NCBI GenBank assembly: GCA_903928055.1
Contig: CAIYPG010000113.1
Coordinates: 128,850-192,849 of the forward strand
Length of the DNA stretch: 64,000 bases
Direction: 5' to 3'
Source: an uncultured beta proteobacterium
GTDB taxonomy: Bacteria; Pseudomonadota; Gammaproteobacteria; Burkholderiales; SG8-39
In this document: positions 17,290 to 25,897 of the stretch, in pieces
How the letters are laid out: every line of letters starts with the position of its first letter
Position numbering within the stretch: the first letter of the stretch is position 1
The notes under the pieces: generated by a model
The model's input: the letters and a program-made list of their open reading frames with translations, nothing else
What the model was told of the DNA's origin: nothing
The model's database searches: none
Translations under genes and position numbers: made by a program

Positions 17290-18297
17290 CTATTCCACCG
17301 TTGCGCCGGAGATGCGGATCGCTTCGGCAAACAAACCGATCTGCGCCTTGATGTAGGCCTTGAACACCTCCGGCGTGTTCGTCTCCACGTCCACGCCCTG
17401 CTGCTCGAACTGTGTTTTCGCCTCGTCCGAGTTCAGCACACGCACGATGGAAGCGTGCAGCTTGTCGATGATGGGCTTCGGTGTTCCGGTGTTCGTGGCC
17501 ATGCCCTGCCACAGCGTCATCTCGAAACCCGGAAAGGTTTCGGCCAGCGTCGGCAGGTCCGGGAAGTCGGGCGAGCGCTTCGATGCGGTGATGGCCAGCG
17601 CGCGGGCCTTGCCGGCCTTCACCAGCGGCCCCAGTGAAGGCACGCCTAGGAAATACATCTGCACATTGCCGGCCAGAAAGGCGGTAAGGCCGGGACTCGT
17701 GCCCTTGTAGGGGATGTGCACCATGTCGATGCCGGCCTTGTAGATGAACAGGGCCGCTGCCATGTGCGTGCCCGTGCCATTGCCCGAAGAGGCGTAGTTC
17801 AACACTCCCGGTTTGGACTTTGCCAGCGCAATCAGTTCCTTCACCGATTTCACGGGCAGGTTTTGCGGCACCGTCAGCAGGTAGAAGCCCGTGGCCACCT
17901 GCGAGATGGGCGCAAAGTCGTCCATCAGCTTGTAGCCCAGCTTGTCGTACAGGGTCTCTGAGGCGGCCTGCGCCTGGGTCAGCATCACCAGCGTGTATCC
18001 GTCGGGCTTGGCGCGTGAGGCGGTTGCCATGCCCGCCGTGCCGCCGGCCCCGGCGAGGTTCTCGACCACAAAGGGCTGACCAAGGTCCCTGCTCAGCCAG
18101 TTCGCCACGATGCGCCCCAGTACCCCGCTGCTGGAGGCGGGGCTGACGCCCTGGATCATGCGGATGGGCCGGTTGGGATAGTCCTGCACCTGTGCCTGTG
18201 CCGGCATCGCACACAGCATGCCGGCCAGCAGGCCGAGCGTTCCGGCGAAGCGGAATCCTGAAGTTGACGTGCGATGCAGTAGCGTAGATGCGCTCAT
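17290..18297 (-). CDS. Bug family substrate-binding protein (TctC-like)
   Basis: Trimmed to 'MSASTLLHRTSTSGFRFAGTLGLLAGMLCAMPAQAQ' (GGGAGAGG upstream). Hallmark 'YPNRPIRMIQGVSPASSSG'. Confidence 0.85.
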   Translation of the reverse strand: MSASTLLHRTSTSGFRFAGTLGLLAGMLCAMPAQAQVQDYPNRPIRMIQGVSPASSSGVLGRIVANWLSRDLGQPFVVENLAGAGGTAGMATASRAKPDGYTLVMLTQAQAASETLYDKLGYKLMDDFAPISQVATGFYLLTVPQNLPVKSVKELIALAKSKPGVLNYASSGNGTGTHMAAALFIYKAGIDMVHIPYKGTSPGLTAFLAGNVQMYFLGVPSLGPLVKAGKARALAITASKRSPDFPDLPTLAETFPGFEMTLWQGMATNTGTPKPIIDKLHASIVRVLNSDEAKTQFEQQGVDVETNTPEVFKAYIKAQIGLFAEAIRISGATVE

Positions 18298-18384
18298 GAC
18301 CTCTCCCTGTCCTCGTTTGTGTGGGTACTGGTCCCCTCTTGTGCTGAGGAGTACCAACCGTTAGTTATCGGCCGCTTGCCGCCC

Positions 18385-19488
18385 TCATGTTACCGGCAGC
18401 GTCTTGCCGGAATCTGACGCCTGCTTGATGATGTCGGTGAAGTGGTGCAGGTCCACCGCCGTATCAAACAGCGGCAGCAGCGCCGGTGTCCTGCCGGTGC
18501 GAATCGCCTCGGCGAACAGCGCATACATCTGTCCGACGTTGTACGGGTCGCCCTTGGGGAAGTCCGCGGGCACATGTGCGAATTTGTCGGGGATGGGCAG
18601 GTCCTGCAGTGTCTGGCTGCGCTGCGCGCCGCGAATGCGCAGCATCTCGCCGCGCTGGGACGAGATATTGCCGGTGGCGGTCAGCGTGCCTTCGGTGCCG
18701 TAGATCTCCATGCGAAAACCGTTGCCAGCCCAGGGCACCGCACCGGTATGCAAGGAGGCCACCGCGCCATTTTTCAATGTGCCGCTGACCAGGATGTTGT
18801 CGGGCGAAGTCACTTCCACCGTCTTCTTCGTGTCAGGCTCGAACCATTGCTTTACCTGGGTGCTGACCTTGCCCGCCACGCTGGCGAAATCCCCCACCAC
18901 AAAACGCAGGGCGTCGATGGAGTGGCCGTTGGCGATCGTGAGCGTATTCGCGCCCAGCGTGAAGTCGCGTTGCCAGCTCCGGCTGGAAGGGCGCTCGGCC
19001 GGACCGTCGCGCATGGTCGCCACGTTGCAGGCAATGATCCTGCCCACGTAGCCGGATTCGATCAGCTCCTTCATGTAGAGCAGCGCCGGGCTGACCCGCG
19101 ACTGCAGTCCCACGGCGGCCAGCACGCCTTTCTTGCGGGCCAGTGCTGTCATTTCTTCGGCCTCGGCCGTGGTGCGGCCCAGCGGCCACTCGGTATAGAC
19201 AGGCTTGCCGGCATTGATGGCGGCCATGGTCGGCTCGTAATGGGAGGGCACGCGCAGCACCACCACCACGGCATCGATCTCGGGTGATACCGCCATCTCG
19301 CGATGGTCGCTGAACGCGAGCTTCGCGCCGAAATGCTTGCGCGCAGCCTCCGCAGTCTCGGGCTTGCTCGTGCATACCGCAGTCATTTCGACATCGGGGT
19401 GGGCCATCAGTGCAGGGAAGTGCGACTGCGAGGCCCAGTGTGAATTGATGTTGGCGCCGACGAATCCCAGACGAATCTTTTTGGCCAT
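18385..19488 (-). CDS. Gfo/Idh/MocA family NAD(P)-dependent oxidoreductase
   Basis: Trimmed to 'MAKKIRLGFVGANINSHWA...' (AGGAGG upstream). N-terminal Rossmann fold followed by the C-terminal alpha/beta domain typical of the family. Confidence 0.8.
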   Translation of the reverse strand: MAKKIRLGFVGANINSHWASQSHFPALMAHPDVEMTAVCTSKPETAEAARKHFGAKLAFSDHREMAVSPEIDAVVVVLRVPSHYEPTMAAINAGKPVYTEWPLGRTTAEAEEMTALARKKGVLAAVGLQSRVSPALLYMKELIESGYVGRIIACNVATMRDGPAERPSSRSWQRDFTLGANTLTIANGHSIDALRFVVGDFASVAGKVSTQVKQWFEPDTKKTVEVTSPDNILVSGTLKNGAVASLHTGAVPWAGNGFRMEIYGTEGTLTATGNISSQRGEMLRIRGAQRSQTLQDLPIPDKFAHVPADFPKGDPYNVGQMYALFAEAIRTGRTPALLPLFDTAVDLHHFTDIIKQASDSGKTLPVT

Positions 19489-19678
19489 GAAGCATCCTCC
19501 TTTGAGTTTGTAGCGCATTATTGCAGAGATGGGCCGGACGGCGATGCGATGGCTCCGCCTTGACTGTCCACCGTCTTTATTCCAAGCTGACCGAACGGCT
19601 TACAACAAGAATCCCTTTCCAAGGATCGTGGCGCAACAAAAAAGCGCCATCCCACCCAGACAAGCATAAGGAGCGGCC

Positions 19679-20647
19679 ATGAGCATCATCCGGCAATGGG
19701 CAACGGCATTCGCACTGAGTACCGCATTTATTTCCTGCCAGACGTTGGCGCAGACCTATCCCTCGCGCCCCATTCGCCTGGTGACCATGTTCGCTGCGGG
19801 CTCCACTTCCGACATCAACGCCCGCTATGTCGGCGCCAAACTGGGCGAAAAACTCGGTGTGACCTTCATCACAGACATCAAGGCCGGCGGCGGCGGGCTG
19901 GTGGCCCTGCGCGACGTGTATCGCGCCGTGCCGCTGGGCTACAGCCTGCTGGTGGCCAACACCTCGTTCACGGGCAACGTCGTTGCCCACAGCGAGCCGC
20001 TGTACCGGATAGAGGACTACACCCCGGTTGGCGTGCTGGGCCAGAGCTATTACGCCCTGATCATGAACACCGCCACTCCCGCCAACACGCTGGCCGAGTT
20101 CGTTGCCTACGCCAAGGCCAATCCGGGCAAGATCAACTACGCCACCATCGGTCCCGCCGCAGGTGCCACCCTCAGCGCCGAGCGCTTCAAGAAGCAGGCC
20201 GGCATCGACATGGTGGGCGTGCCCTACAAGGGCGGCAGCGAAATCGCACAGGCCTTGCTGGCGGGCCAGGTGCATGTCTATTGGGCCACCGCCGTGAACG
20301 CCGCGGGCCAGATGAAGCTGCCCCAGATCAGGGGGCTCGCCATCAACGGGCCGAAGCGCTCGCCGGTTGTCCCCGGCATGCCGACTTTCAAGGAGCTGGG
20401 CTATCCGGACATGGACGTGGGCTCATGGTCGGCGCTGTTCGCCCCGTCCGCCATTCCCGCGCCCATGCTGGCCACGCTGCGCAAGGCCTTTGCCGAGGCT
20501 GCTATGGATCCGGAATGGAAGACCCGCATGGACAGGGCGCAGCTCGAGCCCTTCGATGGCACGCTGGACCAGTTCATGGCCCAGGTTCACAAGGAAGTCG
20601 CGGACATCGAGGCCGATTACAAGCGGCTCAACCTGCCCAAGCTCTAG
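19679..20647 (+). CDS. Bug family substrate-binding protein (TctC-like)
   Basis: 322 aa. AAGGAG upstream. Signal peptide ending 'CQTLAQ'. Hallmark 'YPSRPIRLVTMFAAGSTSD'. Confidence 0.85.
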   Translation: MSIIRQWATAFALSTAFISCQTLAQTYPSRPIRLVTMFAAGSTSDINARYVGAKLGEKLGVTFITDIKAGGGGLVALRDVYRAVPLGYSLLVANTSFTGNVVAHSEPLYRIEDYTPVGVLGQSYYALIMNTATPANTLAEFVAYAKANPGKINYATIGPAAGATLSAERFKKQAGIDMVGVPYKGGSEIAQALLAGQVHVYWATAVNAAGQMKLPQIRGLAINGPKRSPVVPGMPTFKELGYPDMDVGSWSALFAPSAIPAPMLATLRKAFAEAAMDPEWKTRMDRAQLEPFDGTLDQFMAQVHKEVADIEADYKRLNLPKL

Positions 20648-20725
20648 TCAATGAATCGGGCAATGCACTGATCCCGGATCTTGAACCCTGGACGATAGCG
20701 ATTCACACAAGGAGGCAGCAGCGTC

Positions 20726-21481
20726 ATGAACCACAACAAGGAACTGTCCGGCAAGGTCGCCCTCATCACCGGCGCCGGCAAGAACATCGGGCGCTCGATT
20801 GCCCTGTCTCTGGCGGCTGCGGGCTGCGCCGTTGCAGTGAATACGCGCGCTTCGCGCAACGAGGCCGAGGACGTGGTCAAGGCCATTCGCGATGCCGGCG
20901 GCCAGGCGGAGGTCTTCATGGCCGATGTCTCCGATGGTCCGGCGGTGCAGGCCATGGTCGAAGGCATCATCAAGCGCTTTGGCCGGCTGGACATCGCCGT
21001 GCTCAACGCAGCCTATCGCAAGGACGTGTCCTTCGAGGACATGGATTTCGACGAGTGGCGCCGCGCCATGTCCGTGACTCTGGATGGTGCCTTCCATTGC
21101 GCCAAGGCCAGCCTGCCCCATCTCATCAAGGCGGGTGGCGGCAGCATCATTACGTTTGCCGGACACAAGGCACTGTCCTCACGTCCGGGCAAGGCGCATG
21201 TCTCGGCCAGCAAGCATGGCATCGTTGGCATGACCCGCGTGCTGGCGCGGGAGCTGGCCAGACATGGGATACGGGTGAACTGCATTTCCCCGGGGCCCAT
21301 TCATACCGACCTGACTGACACCCCCCACATCAAGAAGACCGGCGCAAGCGACGTGCCGCTGGGCCGGCAGGGCAGGCCCGAGGAGATCGCCGCCATGGTG
21401 CGATTTCTTTGCGGCCCGGAAGGCACGTTCATCACCGGCCAGACCATGCACATCAATGGCGGAACGCAGATGACATCCTGA
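20726..21481 (+). CDS. SDR family oxidoreductase (divergent active site)
   Basis: 251 aa. Cofactor motif 'ITGAGKNIGRSIA' and 'LNAAY'. 'HVSASK' sits where the classical YxxxK motif would be. Confidence 0.8.
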   Translation: MNHNKELSGKVALITGAGKNIGRSIALSLAAAGCAVAVNTRASRNEAEDVVKAIRDAGGQAEVFMADVSDGPAVQAMVEGIIKRFGRLDIAVLNAAYRKDVSFEDMDFDEWRRAMSVTLDGAFHCAKASLPHLIKAGGGSIITFAGHKALSSRPGKAHVSASKHGIVGMTRVLARELARHGIRVNCISPGPIHTDLTDTPHIKKTGASDVPLGRQGRPEEIAAMVRFLCGPEGTFITGQTMHINGGTQMTS

Positions 21482-21543
21482 GGTCTGCACCTCAGGATGC
21501 CTTGATGAATCCACAGGCCCTCACCTGGCGCCATCGGGACTCT

Positions 21544-22449
21544 TCAGCACATGTGTGAGTACATCAGGCGGCCAGGAAAGGGCATTTCGGCGCGCAGGAT
21601 GGAGTAACTGTCTCCTTCGGTCATGTATAACCAGCGGTTGCCTGGGCCGCCGTAGGCAATGTTGGTCAGATGAGCCCCTCTGCATGAATCAACGCGATAG
21701 GCGGGCAGCCCCAGCCTGTTGACGAGCCAGACCGCTCCCAGGAAGGGCATCGCGATCGCTATGTTGCCTTCCGCGTCCGCGGCGAGGCCGTCCGGCCCCA
21801 GACAGGGAAGCTGTGCGAACAATCCCGCCCGGCTTATCGCACCACCCGGGGCCAAAGGCAGATTCCAGACCGCGTTTGCCCGTGTAACCGCGACATAGAT
21901 GACATCCTCTGCTTCGCTCAGGACGATTCCGTTCGGGCTGGGGATGGTGTCGATCAGGCAGTTCAGTTTTCCTTCTGCATCGTATCGATAGACCCGTCCT
22001 GTCGGGTCGTGCAGGCCGGTTGCTCCCTGGTCGGTAAAGTAGAGATCACCGTTCTTGCCGAACACAAGATCATTCACGCCTTTGAAATGCTCCCGGTCCG
22101 GGCCTCTCAGGAGCGTTGTCATGGAGCCCTTGGCAGGGTCGAGGAGCATGATGCCGTGCTCATTGTCGGCAACGAATATCCGCCCGTCCCGATGAATCTT
22201 CAATCCATTCGGCCGGCCCTTGTATTCCGAGATCAATTCGAACTGCCCGAGTTCGGATACCCGGAATATCCGTCCGTTGGGAATGTCGGTGAAATACAGG
22301 TTCCCTTGCCGGTCGAAGGAGGGGCCCTCCAGCGTCGTTCCGGACTTGCTCTGTCGCATGGCGCTGGAACTGGGCTTTCCCCGCAGGGCCTCCGGCATAA
22401 CGGCAAATACTTCCGACTTGATGACTTTCGCTGAGTCGTAGCTGAACAT
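21544..22449 (-). CDS. SMP-30/gluconolactonase/LRE family protein
   Basis: 301 aa. Beta-propeller-type repeats such as 'EGPSFDRQGNLYFTDIPNGRIFRV', 'PNGLKIHRDGRIFVAD' and 'NDLVFGKNGDLYFTDQG'. Confidence 0.8.
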   Translation of the reverse strand: MFSYDSAKVIKSEVFAVMPEALRGKPSSSAMRQSKSGTTLEGPSFDRQGNLYFTDIPNGRIFRVSELGQFELISEYKGRPNGLKIHRDGRIFVADNEHGIMLLDPAKGSMTTLLRGPDREHFKGVNDLVFGKNGDLYFTDQGATGLHDPTGRVYRYDAEGKLNCLIDTIPSPNGIVLSEAEDVIYVAVTRANAVWNLPLAPGGAISRAGLFAQLPCLGPDGLAADAEGNIAIAMPFLGAVWLVNRLGLPAYRVDSCRGAHLTNIAYGGPGNRWLYMTEGDSYSILRAEMPFPGRLMYSHMC

Positions 22450-22638
22450 GCGGCTTGCTCCCTTTTATTTTTTCTGACATGCAATTGCATGGGGTTGCAT
22501 TCGCTTCGGGGTCTCCGAACGGCGCATTCCCACCCGTGGAGTATCATGGATATTCAAAAAAGTGTCTCACTGCATGCGCAAACGCAAATGATAGCGATTG
22601 CATGCGATCAAGAAGTGACCGCGAAAAGGAGAGATGGA

Positions 22639-23601
22639 ATGTCGCGTTCTTATGTTTCGGCCGCGCTCGCCGGCCTGATTGCCTTGGGCGCAGCTCCGGC
22701 TTTCAGCCAGGGCTTTCCCAATAAACCCATTCGCATGCTGACCTCAGCGGTCGGTGGCGGCGCCGATGTTGCAGCGCGCGTGATCGCTCAGGAACTGACT
22801 GCCGGAATCGGACAGCAGGTTCTTGTGGAAAATTTCGGGGGCGCGGGGTATGTGGCTGCTCTGCAGGTCATGAAGGCTCCACCGGATGGCTACACCCTGC
22901 TCGCGTATGGTCCGCCGTTCTGGATAGGCCCGCTAATGACCAAGGCCCCATACGATCCGTTGCGGGATTTCATCGCCGTCTCGCTGGCGATCAGCTCGCC
23001 CAATATCCTCGTGGTGCATCCATCGGTGCCGGCAACGACGGTGAGGGAGTTTGTGGCCCTGGCCAAAGCCAGGCCTGGTTCGCTCAATTACGCGTCAGGC
23101 CAGTCGGGTTCCTCCAACCACCTTGCCGCCGAGTTGTTCAAGGCGATGGCAGGCGTGGATCTCGTTCGAGTGGGTTACAAGAGTGGCGGTTCTGCGATTA
23201 CAGACCTTATTGCGGGCCGCGTGCAGGTGTCCTTTTCATCGGCCCCGATCGTGGGGGGGCATATCAAGGCCGGCAAGCTTCGGGCGCTCGGCGTCACCAG
23301 CGCGCAGCCAAGCGCGCTTGCCCCGGGCATACCCACATTGTCGGAAGCGGGTGTTCCGGGTTACGAGTCATCCTCGATCATCGGCGTGTTCGCGCCGGCC
23401 AGGACGCCCGCGGCGGTGGTGACCCGGCTGAATCAGGAAATATCCAGGGGGCTGCAGCGGCCGGAGGTGAAGGACCGGCTGTTCAAGGCGGGGTCGGAGC
23501 CCATGGAAAGTTCGCCGGAGCAGGCGGCTGCCTATCTCAGGAATGATGTGGACAGGATGGGCAAGGTCATCAGGGATGCCGGCATCCGCGAGGAAGAATG
23601 A
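22639..23601 (+). CDS. Bug family substrate-binding protein (TctC-like)
   Basis: Trimmed to 'MSRSYVSAALAGLIALGAAPAFSQ' (AAGGAGAG upstream). Hallmark 'FPNKPIRMLTSAVGGGADV'. Confidence 0.85.
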   Translation: MSRSYVSAALAGLIALGAAPAFSQGFPNKPIRMLTSAVGGGADVAARVIAQELTAGIGQQVLVENFGGAGYVAALQVMKAPPDGYTLLAYGPPFWIGPLMTKAPYDPLRDFIAVSLAISSPNILVVHPSVPATTVREFVALAKARPGSLNYASGQSGSSNHLAAELFKAMAGVDLVRVGYKSGGSAITDLIAGRVQVSFSSAPIVGGHIKAGKLRALGVTSAQPSALAPGIPTLSEAGVPGYESSSIIGVFAPARTPAAVVTRLNQEISRGLQRPEVKDRLFKAGSEPMESSPEQAAAYLRNDVDRMGKVIRDAGIREEE

Positions 23602-23691
23602 CGCTGTTCAACTCGCGCCAGATGCACATCACTGAGGCGCGGTTACGCTGACACTGGATACGCTTCATCAATATTGCTGAAGGAGTTTTGA

Positions 23692-24486
23692 ATGCCATTT
23701 CTCGAGTTGAATGATTACCGGCCTTTCTACGAGATCGACGATTACACGGATCCCTGGACGGAGCCCGAGACCATCCTCTTCATCCATGGATTTACGGAGA
23801 CGACCGAGGCCTATCGGGCCTGGGTGCCGCATGTGTCCCGCAGATACCGGATGGTCCGGTTTGACCTGCGCGGTTTCGGGAAGTCGGGGCCGGTGCCTGC
23901 CGATTTCATCTACAGCCTCGAGATGTTCGTGGATGACATGGTCAGGATCATCAATCATGTTGCCAAGGGGCCGGTTCACGTCGTGTCTGCCAAGAGCGGC
24001 GGCATATTGGGCGTGAAGCTGGCCGCAATGAGGCCCGATCTGGTGAAGACCCTGGCGCTGATCTGCGCACCCGCCGATGCTCCCAAAGGCGAGGGATGGA
24101 TTGATCATATGAATACGCACGGCATGCGCAGCTGGGCACGCACCACCATGCGGCCCCGGCTGGGCCAGAAGATGCCGGAGCGCGGCATTGATTGGTGGGT
24201 GGACATGATGGGTGGCACCGCACTGTCCACCGCGCATGCCTACCTCGCCTGGGTCGGGAAGTCAGACATCTCAGGTGATCTGAAGGACGTGAAATGTCCC
24301 ACCCTGGTGCTGGTCTCGGACATCCCCCATCGGGTCTCCCAATCGGGTGATTTCTTCAAAAAGGGCATCGCCAATTCCGAGTTCAAGGTGCTGCCGGTTG
24401 ATGGTTATCATGCCTCGGGCACCAATCCTGACCTCTGTGCAGACGTTACGCTGGAGTTCATTGACCGGCATAAGAACGGCGCCTGA
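23692..24486 (+). CDS. Alpha/beta fold hydrolase
   Basis: 264 aa. 'ILFIHGFTET' oxyanion region. Nucleophile elbow-like 'VVSAKSGG'. Typical length and layout for the fold. Confidence 0.75.
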   Translation: MPFLELNDYRPFYEIDDYTDPWTEPETILFIHGFTETTEAYRAWVPHVSRRYRMVRFDLRGFGKSGPVPADFIYSLEMFVDDMVRIINHVAKGPVHVVSAKSGGILGVKLAAMRPDLVKTLALICAPADAPKGEGWIDHMNTHGMRSWARTTMRPRLGQKMPERGIDWWVDMMGGTALSTAHAYLAWVGKSDISGDLKDVKCPTLVLVSDIPHRVSQSGDFFKKGIANSEFKVLPVDGYHASGTNPDLCADVTLEFIDRHKNGA

Positions 24487-24636
24487 AGCGGACCGGAGGC
24501 ATATGCGCAGCGGCGTGGGCGGGAGACCCTTTCCCGGGAACGCCGTGGCCGGCCGCCCACGATCCAGGGCCGGGGGTATGATGCCCCGACGCCACGCCAG
24601 CATTCAAAAAGCGGGCATTGAAAGAGGGGGAGCGTC

Positions 24637-25665
24637 ATGAACGAGCAAGGTACCAGGCCTGTGGTCACCGGATATCGTCATTCATGCGTGGCGGCCTCGG
24701 CCTGCATTGCCGCGCTGCTGCTGTCCATGCCCTGTGCGGCCCAGTCGCAATCACCGGCGCAACCCTGGCCGGCAGCGGGGCCGATCCGTTACATCGTGCC
24801 CTTTCCTCCCGGCGGATCGACAGACCTCATCAGCCGCTTCGTCGTGGACGACCTGCGCGTTCGGCTGAAACAGACCATCGTTGTCGAAAATGTCGGCGGT
24901 GCGGGCGGCACGCTGGGGGTGAACAAGCTGGCGAAGTCCAAGCCCGATGGCTACACGATCGGCTTCGGCAACAGCTCGACGCATACCATCAACATGCATC
25001 TGACGATCAGCCCGCCCTATGATCCGGTTGCGGATTTTGCGCCGGTGGCCATCATCAACGAATATGTCAACGCGGTGCTGGTGACCCCAAAGCTCGGGGT
25101 GACAGACATCAAGGGCCTGATCGCCCTGTCGAAGTCCCGGCCGGGCGGGCTGAGCTATGGCTCATCGGGTATCGGCACCAGCCTGCACCTTTCAGGCGAG
25201 CTGCTTACCGCCATGTCTGGCGGCCACTTCGTGCATGTGCCCTACAAGGCTTTTCCGAACATTGCCACCGACCTGCTGGGCGGGCGGCTGGATTTCACGA
25301 TCAATACCGTGGAGATTTCCGTGCCCTTCACCAAGGACGGCACCATGAAGGCGCTCGCCACCACCGGCAAGGAGCGCAGCCGCATGCTGCCGCAGGTGCC
25401 CACCGTGGCCGAGAGCCTTCCCGGCTACGACATGACGGGCTTCATGGCGGTGTTTGCACCGGCCAAGACGCCGCCTGCGATCGTGAACCGGCTGCATGCC
25501 GAACTGGTGGCCATCCTGACTGCGGGAGAGGTGAGGGAGAAACTCATGGCCCAGGGTTTCTCGCCGCTCGCGAGCACGCCGGATGAACTGCTGCAGCGGA
25601 TCAAGACGGACAGCGCGCGCTGGAAGGCCGTGATCGAGGCTGCGGGGATTCCGAAGGATCAGTGA
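24637..25665 (+). CDS. Bug family substrate-binding protein (TctC-like)
   Basis: 342 aa. GGGGGAG upstream. Signal peptide ending 'MPCAAQSQ'. Hallmark 'GPIRYIVPFPPGGSTD'. Confidence 0.85.
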   Translation: MNEQGTRPVVTGYRHSCVAASACIAALLLSMPCAAQSQSPAQPWPAAGPIRYIVPFPPGGSTDLISRFVVDDLRVRLKQTIVVENVGGAGGTLGVNKLAKSKPDGYTIGFGNSSTHTINMHLTISPPYDPVADFAPVAIINEYVNAVLVTPKLGVTDIKGLIALSKSRPGGLSYGSSGIGTSLHLSGELLTAMSGGHFVHVPYKAFPNIATDLLGGRLDFTINTVEISVPFTKDGTMKALATTGKERSRMLPQVPTVAESLPGYDMTGFMAVFAPAKTPPAIVNRLHAELVAILTAGEVREKLMAQGFSPLASTPDELLQRIKTDSARWKAVIEAAGIPKDQ

Positions 25666-25813
25666 CGCTGGTGCGGTGCGGAGATGGTAATGAATAGTGG
25701 TCTGTTCCGGAAATACATGAGACCGGTGATTTCCTTGATTATTATCAAATTTACATATTCATTATTTAACCAAGCGATATTTAAATAAAAATAATATCAA
25801 TATCGTGAAATAG

Positions 25814-25843
25814 ACCGGGCCCGATGCTGCCATCGGGCCCGGT
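25814..25843 (-). terminator. Intrinsic terminator of the D-aminoacylase gene (13-bp stem ACCGGGCCCGATG / CATCGGGCCCGGT)
   Basis: Perfect 13-bp stem with a 4-nt loop, about 55 nt downstream of the stop at 25898. On the minus strand it is followed by a T-rich stretch (CTATTTCACGATATTGATATTATTTTTATTT). Confidence 0.65.
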
Positions 25844-25861
25844 TAATAAAAAGGACGCTGG

Positions 25862-25881
25862 ATTCCCGCCTTCGCGGGAAT
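25862..25881. repeat. Small palindromic REP-like element ATTCCC-N8-GGGAAT
   Basis: ATTCCCGCCTTCGCGGGAAT lies immediately after the D-aminoacylase stop codon. A degenerate relative (ATTCCCGCCTGCGCGTCCGCGGGAC) starts near 33333. Confidence 0.5.
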
Positions 25882-25897
25882 GACGACTTTGGAACGG

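Noticed and set aside
19696-21318. Very long track ORFs that run antisense to, or out of frame with, recognisable genes. Examples: 19696..21318 (540 aa), 25880..27367 (495 aa), 50382..51923 (513 aa), 53319..54626 (435 aa), 56051..57193 (380 aa), 2131..3480 (449 aa), 13880..14959 and 35334..36362.
   Set aside because: Their translations are Arg/Gly/His/Pro-rich low-complexity sequences with no SD. Each is fully overlapped by an ORF with clear family motifs on the other strand or frame. This is the usual stop-codon-poor artefact of high-GC DNA.
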